Shown here: positions 40,355 to 53,666 of the stretch, one piece after another | How the letters are laid out: every line of letters starts with the position of its first letter | How positions within the stretch are numbered: position 1 is the stretch's first letter | NCBI RefSeq assembly: GCF_001949145.1 | Contig: NW_019091362.1 | Span: forward strand, 1,619,838 to 1,683,837 | Direction of reading: 5' to 3' | Length of the DNA: 64,000 bases | Origin: Acanthaster planci | Lineage: Eukaryota | Made by a program: the position numbers and the translations under genes | The notes under the pieces: model-generated | What the model saw: the letters and a program-made list of their open reading frames with translations, nothing else | What the model was told of the DNA's origin: nothing | Database searches by the model: none

Positions 40355-42734
40355 TGTACATTTTCGTTTCTGTTTTATTCAAGTGTTAGAGGAACATTTA
40401 TATATAAAATCTCTTGTAGTCAGTACATGTTACACTGAAAAGGGGAAGGTGTTAGCTTGGCCACATGGGGAATACAATCTTTAAACGAATACCCACAAAC
40501 ACTACTTTGCCGTCGAACCACAACCCGACCGAAGGGAGATAGTGATCAGCACGTGGCGATCGTGTTCGCACACTATCCGCCTATCTGTCTAAAATACGAA
40601 TATACGTTTTGTTTTTCAACGAAATGAAATGAAAAAAAAGTACGAAATACACTTGGCAAGATAGCACCGATATTGAATCCAAATAAAACTCAGTTCAGGA
40701 TTACTGGTGGTACTTTGGGGGGGGGGGTACTGGGTACGTAACACCAAAATCATACTTTACACTTCCACAACGTACTTCTATAAGTTTTCACGTCTCCACT
40801 GTATAAAATGACAATGACATTTAAAATAATACATCGAAATTCAACTCGTCAGGAACGAGGTTCGTGCCCCTCTCATCAAACCGTCTGATCGTAAACTACC
40901 CCTAATTGGTAAATAGAAACTCTATCGAACGAATGTACATCCACGTCGAACAGACAAACACCCAAATTTTGCAAAACATTCCTATCATTTTCATAATCAA
41001 TGTCACAGTTGCTTCTAAAAAAAATTGCCAACAGAGCAAGCCAAGGTACTGGCTGCGTTATGTTACATAATGTACATGTAAAATAATGTTAATTCTTTAA
41101 TATGTACAAAATTAACACCCTGCTTACTGTAGTTGCAAGTTTTTAAATATAAATGTGAAAACAATGAAACAAGAGTCGCTCGGATAGTAAGCATAACTGC
41201 GAGAAACTGTGCGGATAAGTTGTGAACAAGGTGATGAGAGGGTTGTAATATATTGTGAACTAATTCTGTCTGAAAGACTGCCAACCAACTGATTTTGCAC
41301 ATAACACACCTTCAGAGACGCGACAGTTAAAATAACCCCAAATAAACCTGTGAAGTGAAAAGGGGATGGAGGGGGTACAACCCACAGCTATATGTTTCTA
41401 TGACAACGCCGTATCAAAATCAGTGCAGAAATATCTGAATATTTAAATACATGACAAGATAAATAGTTCGTTGGTGGTGCGTTGGTAAAACCATATCCAA
41501 AGTTACGTAAGTAATTTAGTCTTATGACAACACTTTACAGAATAAATTATGAACCTATAATTCCAGTTTCACTTCTTTTAAAAACACTTAGAAAATGTTA
41601 GACATTTAATTTCATGTGGTGAGATACGTTTCAGTGCGGACAAAACACTTCACACATAGGCTTAACACTTGGTGCGACATTAAGAGTTTCGGTGAAGTTC
41701 AATTTACACATTTTTCATAGAAACATAATTACAGTCGATGGCATCGGTGTAATGACGCACATGACGTCATACGTTTGAAAAGATATTTTTGTACACGGCG
41801 ATTGGCAGTTTAGGAGCTGTGGTGTTTCGCCACACTTTAGCACTGGTAGTCAGACGACACATTGGAACGTGTGCTAACTTCATCATCCATTTCTTGCCTT
41901 ACATCTTCGTACCAAGTAATGACTTCACTACTTTTCCCGAACGTACTACACAGTAAAAATTCAGCCAACGCAGCATTAGTAGGTCAGTTTAAATGCATTG
42001 TAAAATAATTCTAAAGGCTGAAAAGTATGGGAACAAACAGTGAGCTTCACAGTTCATGCTCATTCGCCTAAATAATAACACAGTAGCTGCATAATAATGT
42101 CACAGTTCAAATTTGGTATGGAAACTTTAATCACATCTGAATGGCCCAAACGCTTCGATTTGTCACTGTTGTTAAGAAAAGAGGCTTAAAATCACAACTT
42201 TTAATTCCATCAAACAGAGATTGCATTCATCTGGAATTCAGAAATATACATGTATCTCTGTAGGTATACCTGCCTTTGTAATTCAGGCACTTTTTTTCTC
42301 TTAATTCAACAAAAAACAAACAACAAATAAATAAACACCCCCCAAAAAATGTTTCAACTCAGCTGCCGAAAAAGCCAGTTTCTGAAACGACCACAGCATT
42401 ATAAGTACGATGGATGTTTGGAATTCCATTCAATGGAGTCGCTCCCGTCTAGTATTTACACAGCTAGTTTTCGCTTCATTACAAATCTGATGTTTTTTGG
42501 TTGACTCAAAAATATTAATACAACAGATTGCCGACAGCTGGATGCCAAATATAAAAAAATGTATACTAAGATCTTTTGACAGTTCTTCATAATGTTTTGT
42601 AATTTTAAGTACTTTTGATCGGATTGATTTTTGAGTGTGTGCTTTGACAAGTCTGTAGGTGTGTAAGTAGGTACCTATTTATACATAACATTAAGCACTT
42701 GGATGAATACTAGTTTTCTTGGTGAGGACGAAAT
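40355..42734 (-). other. probable NR4A 3'UTR (~2.4 kb) with poly(A) signal
   Basis: AU-rich, with no repeats recognised. AATAAA at 40374-40379, TTATTTATT near 42326-42334, and Pumilio-type TGTAHATA at 41101-41108 and 42453-42460. Confidence 0.55.
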
Positions 42735-42991
42735 TCAGTAAGGTAAATTGGGCTGAAACATTTTCTCTACCAGTTGGGGAGCTTGGACAGCGCCCTCTAC
42801 CTTGAGCGAGTAGAGCCTCTGCAGACCCTTCTGGCTGAGCACACGCAGTTCGGGCAACTGCAGAAGGATGCGAGAGAGGAAGTTTGCCCGATTGGGCGCG
42901 GAGGTGTTGAAGGTCACGTGGTCGTTGAGACAGCCAATGATGCGGTTCTGCAGTTGGCTGACTTTGGCGGGGTCTTTCGTTCCATGTCGCT
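42735..42991 (-). CDS. NR4A: NR4A terminal coding exon (LBD C-terminus, AF-2)
   Basis: (E)RHGTKDPAKVSQLQNRII...LPELRVLSQKGLQRLYSLKVEGAVQAPQLVEKMFQPNLPY*. The joined CDS is 2295 nt (764 aa). Confidence 0.96.
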
Positions 42992-43301
42992 CTAATGTGA
43001 GAGAGGGAAAATGGGAGATAAAGAAGCAGAAACTGAGAATAAGCACTTGAAACTTTGACGAAGGAAACCCTCACAGCCTGAAGTCGCACGTAATGTCTAA
43101 TTTGATTTTGCAAGTGAGGAGATCATTTGAGTCCGAGGCCTATTTTCAACCCTTCCCCCGCCATAAGTTTTGAGATTTATGGCAATTTAACCATTAATCT
43201 GTCGATTCTTCTTTACAGCAAAAATATAATGCATTTTTGCGCTTGCCATGCATGCACGCTGGCCTCAATCCACTCAACTGACTTGTGGAGTTTCAACTTA
43301 C

Positions 43302-43480
43302 CAGTTACCAGGACTAGAGCAGAGAGGCAGGCAAACGTTGATATATCGACTTCCAGAGTAGACAGGACCTTGGAGAAGGCACGGATGTCTTCGAGCCATT
43401 CCCCAAAGCCTCGCTCACACTGCTGTGGATGCAAGGCGTTGCCATTGCAGAAGATTACCAGGTTGTCATTCTGGTTAAGT
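43302..43480 (-). CDS. NR4A: NR4A LBD exon (179 nt)
   Basis: (R)LNQNDNLVIFCNGNALHPQQCERGFGEWLEDIRAFS...FACLSALVLVT G|gtaagt. Confidence 0.96.
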
Positions 43481-43728
43481 CTGTTGAGAAAAGAAATAAA
43501 ATTAGCCAACTGGATATTTCAGAATCTCTTACGGTCACGCGCAGTGTGCTCCTCTATGGGCAATTCGACTGTGTTTCGTTTTGCAAGCCAACTGAAACGG
43601 TTTGAAACACTGCCCGCCATGCGTCGGTCCTGTTGTGGCATCACTGTCATCCAATGGTTCTGTGTCTCCAGTGGGTCAGTGAAGAGCTCATGTGACTGGC
43701 AAACAAACAAACAAATGGCTGTATGCAC

Positions 43729-43931
43729 CTGTAAGCCATCTTGAGTACGAACAGCTCCAGACAGGACGACTGGAAGAGCAGCTCCTGATCCTCCTCGCAT
43801 AGCTCGCTGAAGCCTGGCACCTTGCGCGCCCAGGCCCGCAGGACCTCGATGGACGAGCAGAAATTCTCGTAGAACTGCTTCAGCTGGTCTGTCGTAGAGG
43901 GCGGGCTGGTGCTGACGTCTGGCAACTGGAA
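43729..43931 (-). CDS. NR4A: NR4A LBD exon, helices 3-5 (203 nt)
   Basis: FQLPD...QFYENFCSSIEVLRAWARKVPGFSELCEEDQELLFQSSCLELFVLKMAY AG|gtgcat. Confidence 0.95.
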
Positions 43932-44201
43932 CTGTCAGTGTAACCAAAAGGGTGAATTTAGAAAAATAAATTATTGGAGAGAAAGGGTGATATTATGATA
44001 TTTTATATCATTACACAATAACATATTGGCAATCTTATCTAATGAGAAATAAATGATAATATGATAAAAAAAGCACTCGCACCACCACAAAGCCTTAATT
44101 TCAATCAATTCAACTTGAAACAACCTAGTCAACTGGAAACTAACAATAATTGGGATGACACCATTTGCCAAATTCTCACCGACATTAATATTAATACACA
44201 C

Positions 44202-44365
44202 CTGATCGTAGTTAAGATTGGCTTTAGCAGGCGACGCATCGACGTGCGCCCTGACCAGAGCCGTGATGAGACTAACAGGTGGTGAGGGCGGCGACACGTC
44301 ATGGGAGGGTCGTTGCTTTGTTGGCAGTCTGCCGCGGCGTCCCTTCAAACTCGCTGTTCGAACCA
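44202..44365 (-). CDS. NR4A: NR4A T/A-box, hinge and LBD helix 1 exon (164 nt)
   Basis: (V)[54 protein letters not shown]|gtgtgt. Confidence 0.96.
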
Positions 44366-44666
44366 CTGTAGAGAAGAGACAACTTTGTTTTTCTTCTGTG
44401 ATGAACTAACCAAACAGTATCAGTTTGATAATTTTGCCCCCCAAAAGGGCACGATACTGTTAGTTATGAACTGATGACGGGTTAGATTATGAAACAGTTG
44501 GGGTTTGACACGAATTCCGAGATGTATAAAAATTGATAACTTTTTTCATAGATGTCAATTTTATGTTGCTGTAAACCTTTGAAACTTCAAAAAATTCTTG
44601 AGAGGTTTGTTGCCCTTCGTGAAAGTAATGAAATTCGAGATTTATTTTTTGTTCGCTTATTGATCA

Positions 44667-44951
<285 letters not shown>

Positions 44952-45104
44952 TTATTTCATTCTATTGTGTTAAAAACAGTGTTCATGTTTTGGTTTTCGC
45001 TGCCATTGAGCTTTTCAAATGTTAATGTAACCATTTAAAAGTGTACTTAATGGCGTGAAACTTTTTAAAACTTTTAAAATTCTTAATTTGTCCTCATAAT
45101 TTAC

Positions 45105-46360
45105 CTTGAAAAACCCTTTGCAGCCCTCACAGGTCCGGACTCCGTAGTGTTGGCAGGCGGCACTGTCACCACACACGGCACACAGCATGCCCTCGTGTCC
45201 CGGTGAGTTCTTGGAGTGGTGGTGATGGTGGTGGCTCGTGCTGGGTAGACCGGCCGATGCTTCCGTGCAGATCGGTAGCTGGATTGGGTTGGGTTTCCTC
45301 CCGCGGAGTGACGATCCCATGTGCATGGCAGCCTGTCCTGGGTTGCTACAGGACGGCGGTGGTGGTGGTGGGTTCATGCTGGCACCCATGGACACGGATG
45401 GGTACGGTATTGGGAGTGGCTTGATGTCCAGGTTATCGTAGCGCGGGGTGGAAAGTTCTGAGTGCATGACGGCAGCGGAGCGGTGCGGCGCGGGCACGGT
45501 GTGCGGCGGCATTCCCAACTCATCGCCCACATTCCCCAGCTCACTCGCCCATCCCTGCGGCGTGGCGGATGGGAAGGAACCCAGGCTGCGGGGAGGCTCC
45601 GGAACACCGCCTGACACGCCCGGCCCACTGCCGGTGTACCCACTGTAGGACTGGGCCGGTGGCTGTGGGGGGATCGGATCCCGGGGAAAGTTGACACTGC
45701 CTAGACCGGAGAAGGACGGTTGGGTGTCGGCTTGGGAAAGGCTGTACTGGAAAGTAGCCGGCTGTGGAGCTGATGTATAGACCGGTGAGCTGACAGAGCA
45801 CGTCCTGGGGCTGATTCGCTGCTGATGACTGCTGTACTGATTCTGTGGTTGTTGTGAGTGGTGCTGCTGCTGTTGGGGGTGATGGTATGTCTCTGTTTCG
45901 GTAGCATTATACGATGACGTGACCGGCAACATAGTGGAGTTGGCCAAGTTCTGATTGGCGTCGGCCATAGATGGAAATTCCATTCCGTCAGCAGAGGTGC
46001 CGCCAAGCGGTGTGAGTGAGGCGTATTCACTGTCTTCGCCGTACGGTGATCGGTCCAGCGCAAAGCTGAGAAAATTCCCGTAGGTCTCCTGAAAACTGGG
46101 CAGAGGTAAGTTGCCGGTCTCGTAGGTGGCTTGGAAAGCGGCTTCGGATGGGGTAAATCCAGCGGGCATCACCTCTATCTTGCCAACGTAGGACGGCATG
46201 GCGGTCCGTGGAGGACCAGCTTGTTGGGGCTGTGGCAGCGGGGAATCCTGTACTCCGGTACTGCTTGTCTGGCTCAGCGGACTCGACAGACCCTGACTAG
46301 TCTCCGCGTCCACTTGAACACCACAAGTACACGGGGTGTCTGAACTTGGATCTGCAGACT
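45105..46360 (-). CDS. NR4A: NR4A large exon: A/B (AF-1) region and first zinc finger
   Basis: catcatag| acceptor. S/P/Q-rich region with LPSFQETY and a His6 tract, then [26 protein letters not shown]|gtaaat (NR4A signature). Confidence 0.93.
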
Positions 46361-47137
46361 CTATGATGAACAGGGGGAAATGGGAAAGGCAACCGACTAT
46401 AAAAATTTACATCTGCGAAGTTACCCTTGGCATATAAAACAAAATGTCACTGGAAAAATCTGGAAAGGGCAGAATAAGTTGAATAAATTATGATTGCATA
46501 CTTTACTGGAATATTAGCATGGCTGTTAAAATTAAAACATTTCATGTAAACTTTGGTAATTTAAATTATGTTATTCCATAGATACTGCTAAGGTAAGGCA
46601 GGCCGTTTCATTGACAAAGAAGTGCTTCGCCCTTTTGCCACAAGCACACGTCATCATAAACACGCAGCTTAAAATGAAAGAGAGCAGCTTTCCTGACCAA
46701 AATGCTCGAAATGGTGGCAACATGCTGAAAATAGGAAAATTCTCGTGACTGAGACGGTTAGCAGTTGACGTGAATGCGATGGTTTATCGCAACACAAAAC
46801 AACACACGCTTATAGGTGCAGGATAGACAGGGATCAGTGCAGCATATGGCACGTTATATGTTACCATCAAAAGCAGGTTTTTTTTGGTAGCAATGAACAT
46901 GCCAGATAAACTGTGATCACACCTCACTGTTCGCAAAAGAAAACTGAGAAACACACGACAATGGGGGATTTGATTAAATCGGTGAGTGGCACGAACAGTA
47001 ATTAAACACATTGTCAAGCCCAACGCAAAACATGTTATGATTAAAATAGTTGGGTGGTGATGTGGTCAGGTTGGGAGGAGACAAAGACAAATTTGGACAA
47101 CTACGAAGCTACTTAAAAACAATGAACAATCATGCAC

Positions 47138-47243
47138 CTTGGAGATAGTCAAAGATGTCGGCGAAATCCACGTTTAGTATGGACGGACCTGCCTGTGAAT
47201 GCATCGGGTAAGTCGTCGCCGTAGCCGGGCCAACCAGCATCAT
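47138..47243 (-). CDS. NR4A: NR4A first coding exon (exon spans 47138-47323)
   Basis: Acceptor cttctccag before 47323. Reads MMLVGPATATTYPMHSQAGPSILNVDFADIFDYLQ G|gtgcat; phase 1 matches the acceptor at 46360. Confidence 0.72.
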
Positions 47244-48938
47244 TCTGCGTTGGATGTTCCCGTCAAATCTGGTGGAGGATTGTTCAGTAGCCCGTAGCAC
47301 TGTCTGCCTGTAGCGCAGCCAACCTGGAGAAGCGTACCAGGTGGGGGAGAAAAAGTCATAGAAATTGTAAGCACGTTTCCAAAAACATTACTTTGGAAAC
47401 CTCATATCGCAATGCTGAAAACAAAAATTAAAGGAGTGTAGAGTTGCATTGCAACCAACGCACAGCACAAAGCACGCGCAGAATACGTACATTCGGAGAC
47501 GGACATAATTCCAGTGGTAGTCGCGAGCAAACTGGGCCCGGCGAGCGATAGGGCCATGTATATCTAGCTTTGATGACGTCGAGTGCAGCCATCCAATTCC
47601 TCCATTCGGGGAACTCACGGTGCCATGACGAAAATAGCCCCAGCGCAGACTCCAGCTGGGGTCTGTTTCCGATTCTGGATTAGAGCGGGACAAAGGGAGG
47701 GGCGGAGCGAAGATCACTTGTCAGAAAAAGGACGGGGGAATTTGTTGATCTAGGACGCGCTCGGTACCGGTAGTTCACCTAAAGTACATGTATATGGCTC
47801 AGTGTGAAAGTTGTGAATAGAAGAGATTTCGTTTTTGAAAAGGAAATACAGTATTCTGAGAAAAGATAACGCGAAGAGAGGTGAAGGTCTGTCCACATTA
47901 GGCCATATTTGAAGGCGATTCAAATTTTCATGAGTTGGGCTACGGAAAAAATGTTCATGCGGATTTCTGTTCTTTCAAACGCCCAGCTTTCTGAAGTCGC
48001 GCGTGTACAGTTCACGAATTTTAGGCTGCTGTGTCCAAACTGGCTGCGGCCGACAATGAGCCATACGCCTGTTAGAGCGGCCCTAGCCACATTGAAAGTG
48101 GCCTTACTTTCCGTTGGCGCCTATACCTGCGATTACATAATCGATGCAGGCGACTCGTTACGGGAATTTATGCATCTATGTTCATACTAGTAATCAAGTT
48201 CTTCTCGCGGCTGCTATGAACACCGCACAAAGTCTGGTGGGCACCGACAACATGTCCTTCTTCCGGTGCGAGTCTATATGGTGCCATATCAGTGTGAGTT
48301 TACGGTAGGAAGGCTTCACTTCTTCAACGAACTAAAAAATAAACGCGATTCTTTGCAATGTTATTTCAAACGCGTTTGCAAAAAGGGGCTTTGATCAATT
48401 CTATTTCAGTCGAAATGTCACCTCGGTCAGTCAATTTTGAGTCCCTGCACCCTCTGAGAAAAGTTGCTATCACGTCACCCTACGTCATTCGTTAAGCCTC
48501 AAACTGTTCTTGTGCCCTGCTGTGTAACACATCACTGTATAATTCTCGGAACACCTGAAACGGCTTCCATTCTTAGCAACTCAAGGCTGTAAACGTTTTC
48601 GCTTGAGCGACTCGGCTGCACTGTAGAGCTATTTTTAATTTGCTGTTGCTATACATGAACGAGGGTACAACTGCTGTATAAATCAGGTCACGAACAACAA
48701 TAGAAACGCATAGTACGCGTCAACATAAACTCGATTTCCGGAACTGCACCGTGCACAAATTTGTATTCGCGGGCAATCGGCCGAACTGGTATTGTTCAGC
48801 GCTAGACTGTGCAGTGACAAACACTGCAAGGGTCCATTACTTTTGGTTATTTGAGATTTTTCTTTACAGGAAATGCTTTTTGACGTCACAAGAATAGTTA
48901 TTGAAAATTTTAAATTCTCCAGTTGAATGACTCTTTAC

Positions 48939-49330
48939 CTTGGTGAGGTAAAGATGATGATTTTCGAGATCGAAAATATAAACTGCGCGTCCCGGAAGTA
49001 GAAACAAATGAAACATCAAACTCTCGCAGGCATTAGCGGAACCGCTTCAAAGAGCAACGTAAACTCCAGTGACTAAATAAGATTTTAAAAAAGCGTAGTT
49101 ATCATTTACAAATTGGATTCCAATTAGGAAGTACAAAATGTTAACCACGGTTCCCGTAGCGACCTTACTGAGTGTGATCGCTTTGCACTGCCGCGGCCGG
49201 TTCCTTGGCTAATTCCTTCGCCGCTTATATGATCATTGTGCAGGTCGTCGCGCCAAGCTATAAAACCGTTGCCCCCGCCTACGTCATCCGAACACTCCAG
49301 GGGCCGGTGAGCTCTGACGTCAAATTCTCT
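48939..49330 (-). promoter_or_regulatory. proximal NR4A promoter and non-coding exon 1 (about 48939-49190)
   Basis: TATA-like ATATAAG at ~49224-49230, about 30 nt from a CAGT initiator-like site. CRE TGACGTCA at 49315-49322 and a half-CRE at ~49281. Strong donor AAG|gtaaag at 48939. Confidence 0.6.
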
Positions 49331-51154
49331 CCTCCTTTTAGACTGCGGAAAACGTTATCACCTAACTACCGCGGACGAAAATAGAACACACTGAGTATGC
49401 GCTGGGTGCATGCATTAATGCCGATAGGCCCTTGTGCACGTTGCCCTGCAAGACACCGCGCGCCTACTGTGAATATGATTTATGTGGAAATTTCGGACAA
49501 GAGAAAAATACAGATACTCTCTTAGCGCCATCACGCTGTGACATCTTTATAAGATAAGTACGAAAGAATTTCTCATTTATTGGTGTATTATTCTTCTCAC
49601 AAAGCCTTAAACATTAGTAATTCGGTGATTTGTATCGTCGACATAGCAAATGTGGTTTTGATATCCCAATTACAAATAAGCTCGAGAAATAACACTAGCA
49701 TACCAGTCATCTTTGACCGCTGTGGTCCGACCAGGGGCCACGTAATGCCTCTCCGCAGGACGACCGTTTGTACAGCTGATTGCCTACACGTATTTCAAGT
49801 GCTCCAAATATTTATTTATGTTTATGATTGCGCATTTGTCAACTTTTTGTTGAAGCAAGTATCAAATTTGCAGCAGGAGTTGGAATCAAGTAGTTTTTTT
49901 CTTGGACTCTTTGATTTAAACTTCTCTTTCGTCAGAAAATTTCACCAGTCTTCAAAAAGGTTTAAAAAAGTCTGACATTGTTAATTAAAAAACAATCTTA
50001 ACTGCTTATTTTTTAAGAGTGAGTACATTTGTAGACAGTTGTTATTCGAGTGATAAATTCGAATTCAGCATGTTGCATCTGACAAACTAGCTTGTCAAAA
50101 TCAAACATCATTTCAGGAAAACGTACCATGTCGATTTGTTATTTGGCTCTAAAAAGAAAGCTAAAATCGTACGTTTCAGTTCGACTCGTTCATTGCGATT
50201 AACATTTCGTATTTTTTTCCATAAAAAAAACACAAACAGAAAAAACGTTTACCGTTTGAACTCAACATTGTAAAAGCATATCCTTGTTACCGGCTGATTA
50301 ACCGACGTTGTCACTACTCTTGCGAATTGTGCTCTGTAGTTTGCCCACAAGCCAGCCAGCGTCCGTAGCCTCATTGAATCATAGATTTTGAGCATTTCTG
50401 ACAATGTTGGAGTTTAGAGATGTTGAAACAAATCTACCGCTCATGGTTTAACAAGGCTACAGTCAGCCCACGAGCTTAGCGTCCACAGACACTTTGCACA
50501 GGGAAAAGCCGATGGTACCAAGAGCACTGAGCTTAAAGTTGGCAACTACACAATATATTCATAAGAAACAAGAAAGGTGAATCCATTTCTAAGTAAGTGA
50601 AGATTTACCCGCAACGTGAATTTCGAATCCAAGAAAGGCATAATAAGTAGCTACTAATGCCTTGTTCAGGCGAAAGAACTTTGTATGACCCGCTTGAGGA
50701 GTTTTCCCATGAATGAATTTTCTTATTACTTGATTTCATTTTTTTTTTAATTTGAAGAAACATCAGACCAGTATATGTATCCGCGGATTTTAGTAAAAAA
50801 AAAACTAGTGAGTTTTAAAGTGAAAACATTATTTTTTGTTTTAGAGAACCCTAGGAAAGTATGCAACCCATCGCCGAAGGGTTCACCGATGAAAAAGTTT
50901 CCAAGTACTTTTCTACAAAATCACTGGAGCGTGTGGTTTCATATACCTAGCACAGAAACAACTCTTGAATTTTCTGAACGAGATGCACGGGCTAAAAAGT
51001 CGCGATTCCACTAACTGAACTAAATTTGCGCGCCTCTACTTTTCAATTTGAATACTGGAAGCTTTGTATCTCTTTCTTTTTTCAAAATGCCATGAAATTT
51101 GCCGATCTTATTGTTACTTATTGAAACGAAGCTGCAAATCTTAACAAGACTCAC

Positions 51155-51760
51155 CCGACAGCGTATTTCTTGCAGGGTCCACTTTGACGGCACTGTATTC
51201 AGTCACCAAAAGTTCCCGGATCCTTGTCGTTACCCTGTTTTGTCAGGCTCCGGATGATAGCATAAACCGGGCTCAATGCACTGGCCGCGTATCCCCTATG
51301 CTTCGCAGTGAGCGTCGAGATATAGGCTTGCCGCCGTGTGTTTCCCAGTAACTCCTAGCCGACACGCCGCAGACAGCTAGCTAACCCTCATCTCCGTCCG
51401 ATCCGCTCAACACACAATGCCACGCTGAATTCAATGAACTCAGGTATATGAGTATATGCCGCGAATGCCAGATCGCAGTCGTTAACGACGTCACAAATCT
51501 ACATTTTCGTCATAGATTTTCGTCATGCATACCATAAATTCGGCACTGACCAATCAGCGGCGCCTAAATTTCCTTTGCCCATGGTTGCTCAACACGCGAA
51601 TAGAGCCTCATCGACGTGTGACGTCATACGCACGCTCCCCGCGAATCGTTTAATTTATTCAGCAGGGAAAGCAAACAGACAGGTGATTAGCATATTATTA
51701 GCATATAGCTAGCAACGTCAATGGGAGCCACCGACCAATCCAAGGGCGTACTCCATGACC
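51155..51760 (-). promoter_or_regulatory. second NR4A promoter/enhancer with candidate first exon
   Basis: CpG-rich. CRE at 51619-51626, GACGTCA at ~51487, two ACCAATC boxes (~51549, ~51735) and a donor CGG|gtgagt at 51155. Confidence 0.5.
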
Positions 51761-53485
51761 TGATTATCGTCTGATTAATTTTTCTTCATGTGAAGAAGAC
51801 ATCAAACGCTCATGTACAGGGGCAATGCTGCTGTATGCTCGGAGCAGGCTTGTGTCGCGATATTTTTAGGAGGAGCAGCTTGGCAAATTAGGCGACAATT
51901 TACTAGAGAGAAACAGTAAGGGTATCGTGGTTGGCCAAGGCATGCTATGCATGCCATGTGTCTGGGCTTGAAATCAACTCTTCGCAGCAGCCAATTGAGA
52001 GGCATTTTTATCAAAGTGATACCTTTACCTGACGTGACACTGTCTGTTTAGGGACAAGATAAATCCATATCTCTGATTATAAAATCAAACTGCATGATAA
52101 TACAGCGTTATAGGCGTATTTTAATTCTTTTTTGGTGTTATCGACGTAACGCAGGTTTCAAGAAATCCAACAGTAAATATTGACCGTCTAGCAGTCACTG
52201 TAACTAGCACAGTCTGTTGTTTTTCACGCGGCGGCTTTCTTAGTATACATACTTCGTTTAATTATGCATGCAGTGAGCGTAGGCTTTCTCCAGTGATTCG
52301 TTCGGTGCTGATATTATTCAGTTCAGTGCAACGCTCAAGAACAGAATGTAAGTCGATGAGAGCTATTTCCGCTTCGGTTTAAGTCCAGATTCCCGGAATA
52401 AAGAGAATGGCTAAGAAATGCATCTTCGGTTATGAAAGATTGTTTGTATACTTTAACTGAAGATTATTTAACTTGTTGCTTAACAAAAAAATGTCCTTGC
52501 CCTAACAAGTGTAAAGTAATGCCATACGCCCATGGAAGTACATTGCACCTTTTCAACCGACAAACTCTAGCGTGCAGAATCATTTCGAAATACTTCTAAA
52601 GGATTACTTAAATTGAAGTTTACAAATATTTATTGAGCTACTAAGCAAGCTGTAGCTCAAGAATTGTTTTGGAGGAGGAATACCCTAAGCACGAAAAATA
52701 TTGTTTGCTGGAGTATCTATTTCATTGTAGCATTGTACGGACCACGTGGTAGGAATTTTGTTTTGATGCCTGGCTTTGATTTACGTCAAGAGGGAGTCTC
52801 TCAGTTATCCGTTAAAGTTCGGCTGGGTTCGTGGGGTGTGCCTTCTTCAAAAAAAAAAGAAAAGAAAAGAAAACCTGGTGTCATATTCTGACTGATCTAA
52901 TGAAGAAAATATTTACCAAAAGTTGTCTGAAAACAACTTGTTAATTGCGCGCCTAATTCACTGTAACACTGGTTCTTTACATGTATGGGTGGCTGAGTGC
53001 TGCGTGCGCCTGTGCGTCCCACCCACGCGATAGCTGGCTATTACGTATGCTTTTTATGAATGAACTTTGTCTCCTGGGAGTCGTATCACGACGCCCGTTC
53101 GCAGACAAAGCATGCTGACGATGCTGTTTACTTTACCGGATTTTAACCCCCCCCCCCGAAAAAAACCTTCGACGCCAAATCATTTCTCAAAAATCCTTAA
53201 CCGATGGGAGTGTGGATTTCAGCGATCCTCACAAACATGATGTTCATCAAACAACACGTGATGTAACACGATGTGAATACTAACAGCGCCGAATGTCTGC
53301 AAACATTTTAGACTGGCAAATACAAAGTCAATCCACCAAGCCCTCCCAAGTTAACAGTGCACTCCCACTGAACACCAAATACCATACTCAGTGTAACACC
53401 TTGACAGGGAAAAACTTACACAAGAAGTCCCTCCACCCCCGAAAATCTAATAATTGTATTCGGAGTTCGAAACTTAGGGCTGAAT

Positions 53486-53666
53486 CAGTGGCGTGTCCAG
53501 GTCGTGGGTCCAGCGGGCAACCCCACCCCCCCCTTCCAACGAGTGTCAAATTGTTTCACCCATACAAGAATCCTCAGCCCCTAAGGTGGAAGTGCTGTTT
53601 TTAATAATACTGCTGCTTACAGTTCCTTTTAAGAATTCAAAACTACCCCTTCTGGATACGCCACTG
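53486..53666. mobile_element. hAT-like MITE
   Basis: TIR CAGTGGCGT(G/A)TCCAG. Degenerate relatives at ~10375-10601 and ~32460-32644. Confidence 0.7.

Noticed and set aside
45015..46313. 432-aa ORF as a complete gene
   Set aside because: It is an internal exon. The GTG start is not real and the tail after GFFK is intron.
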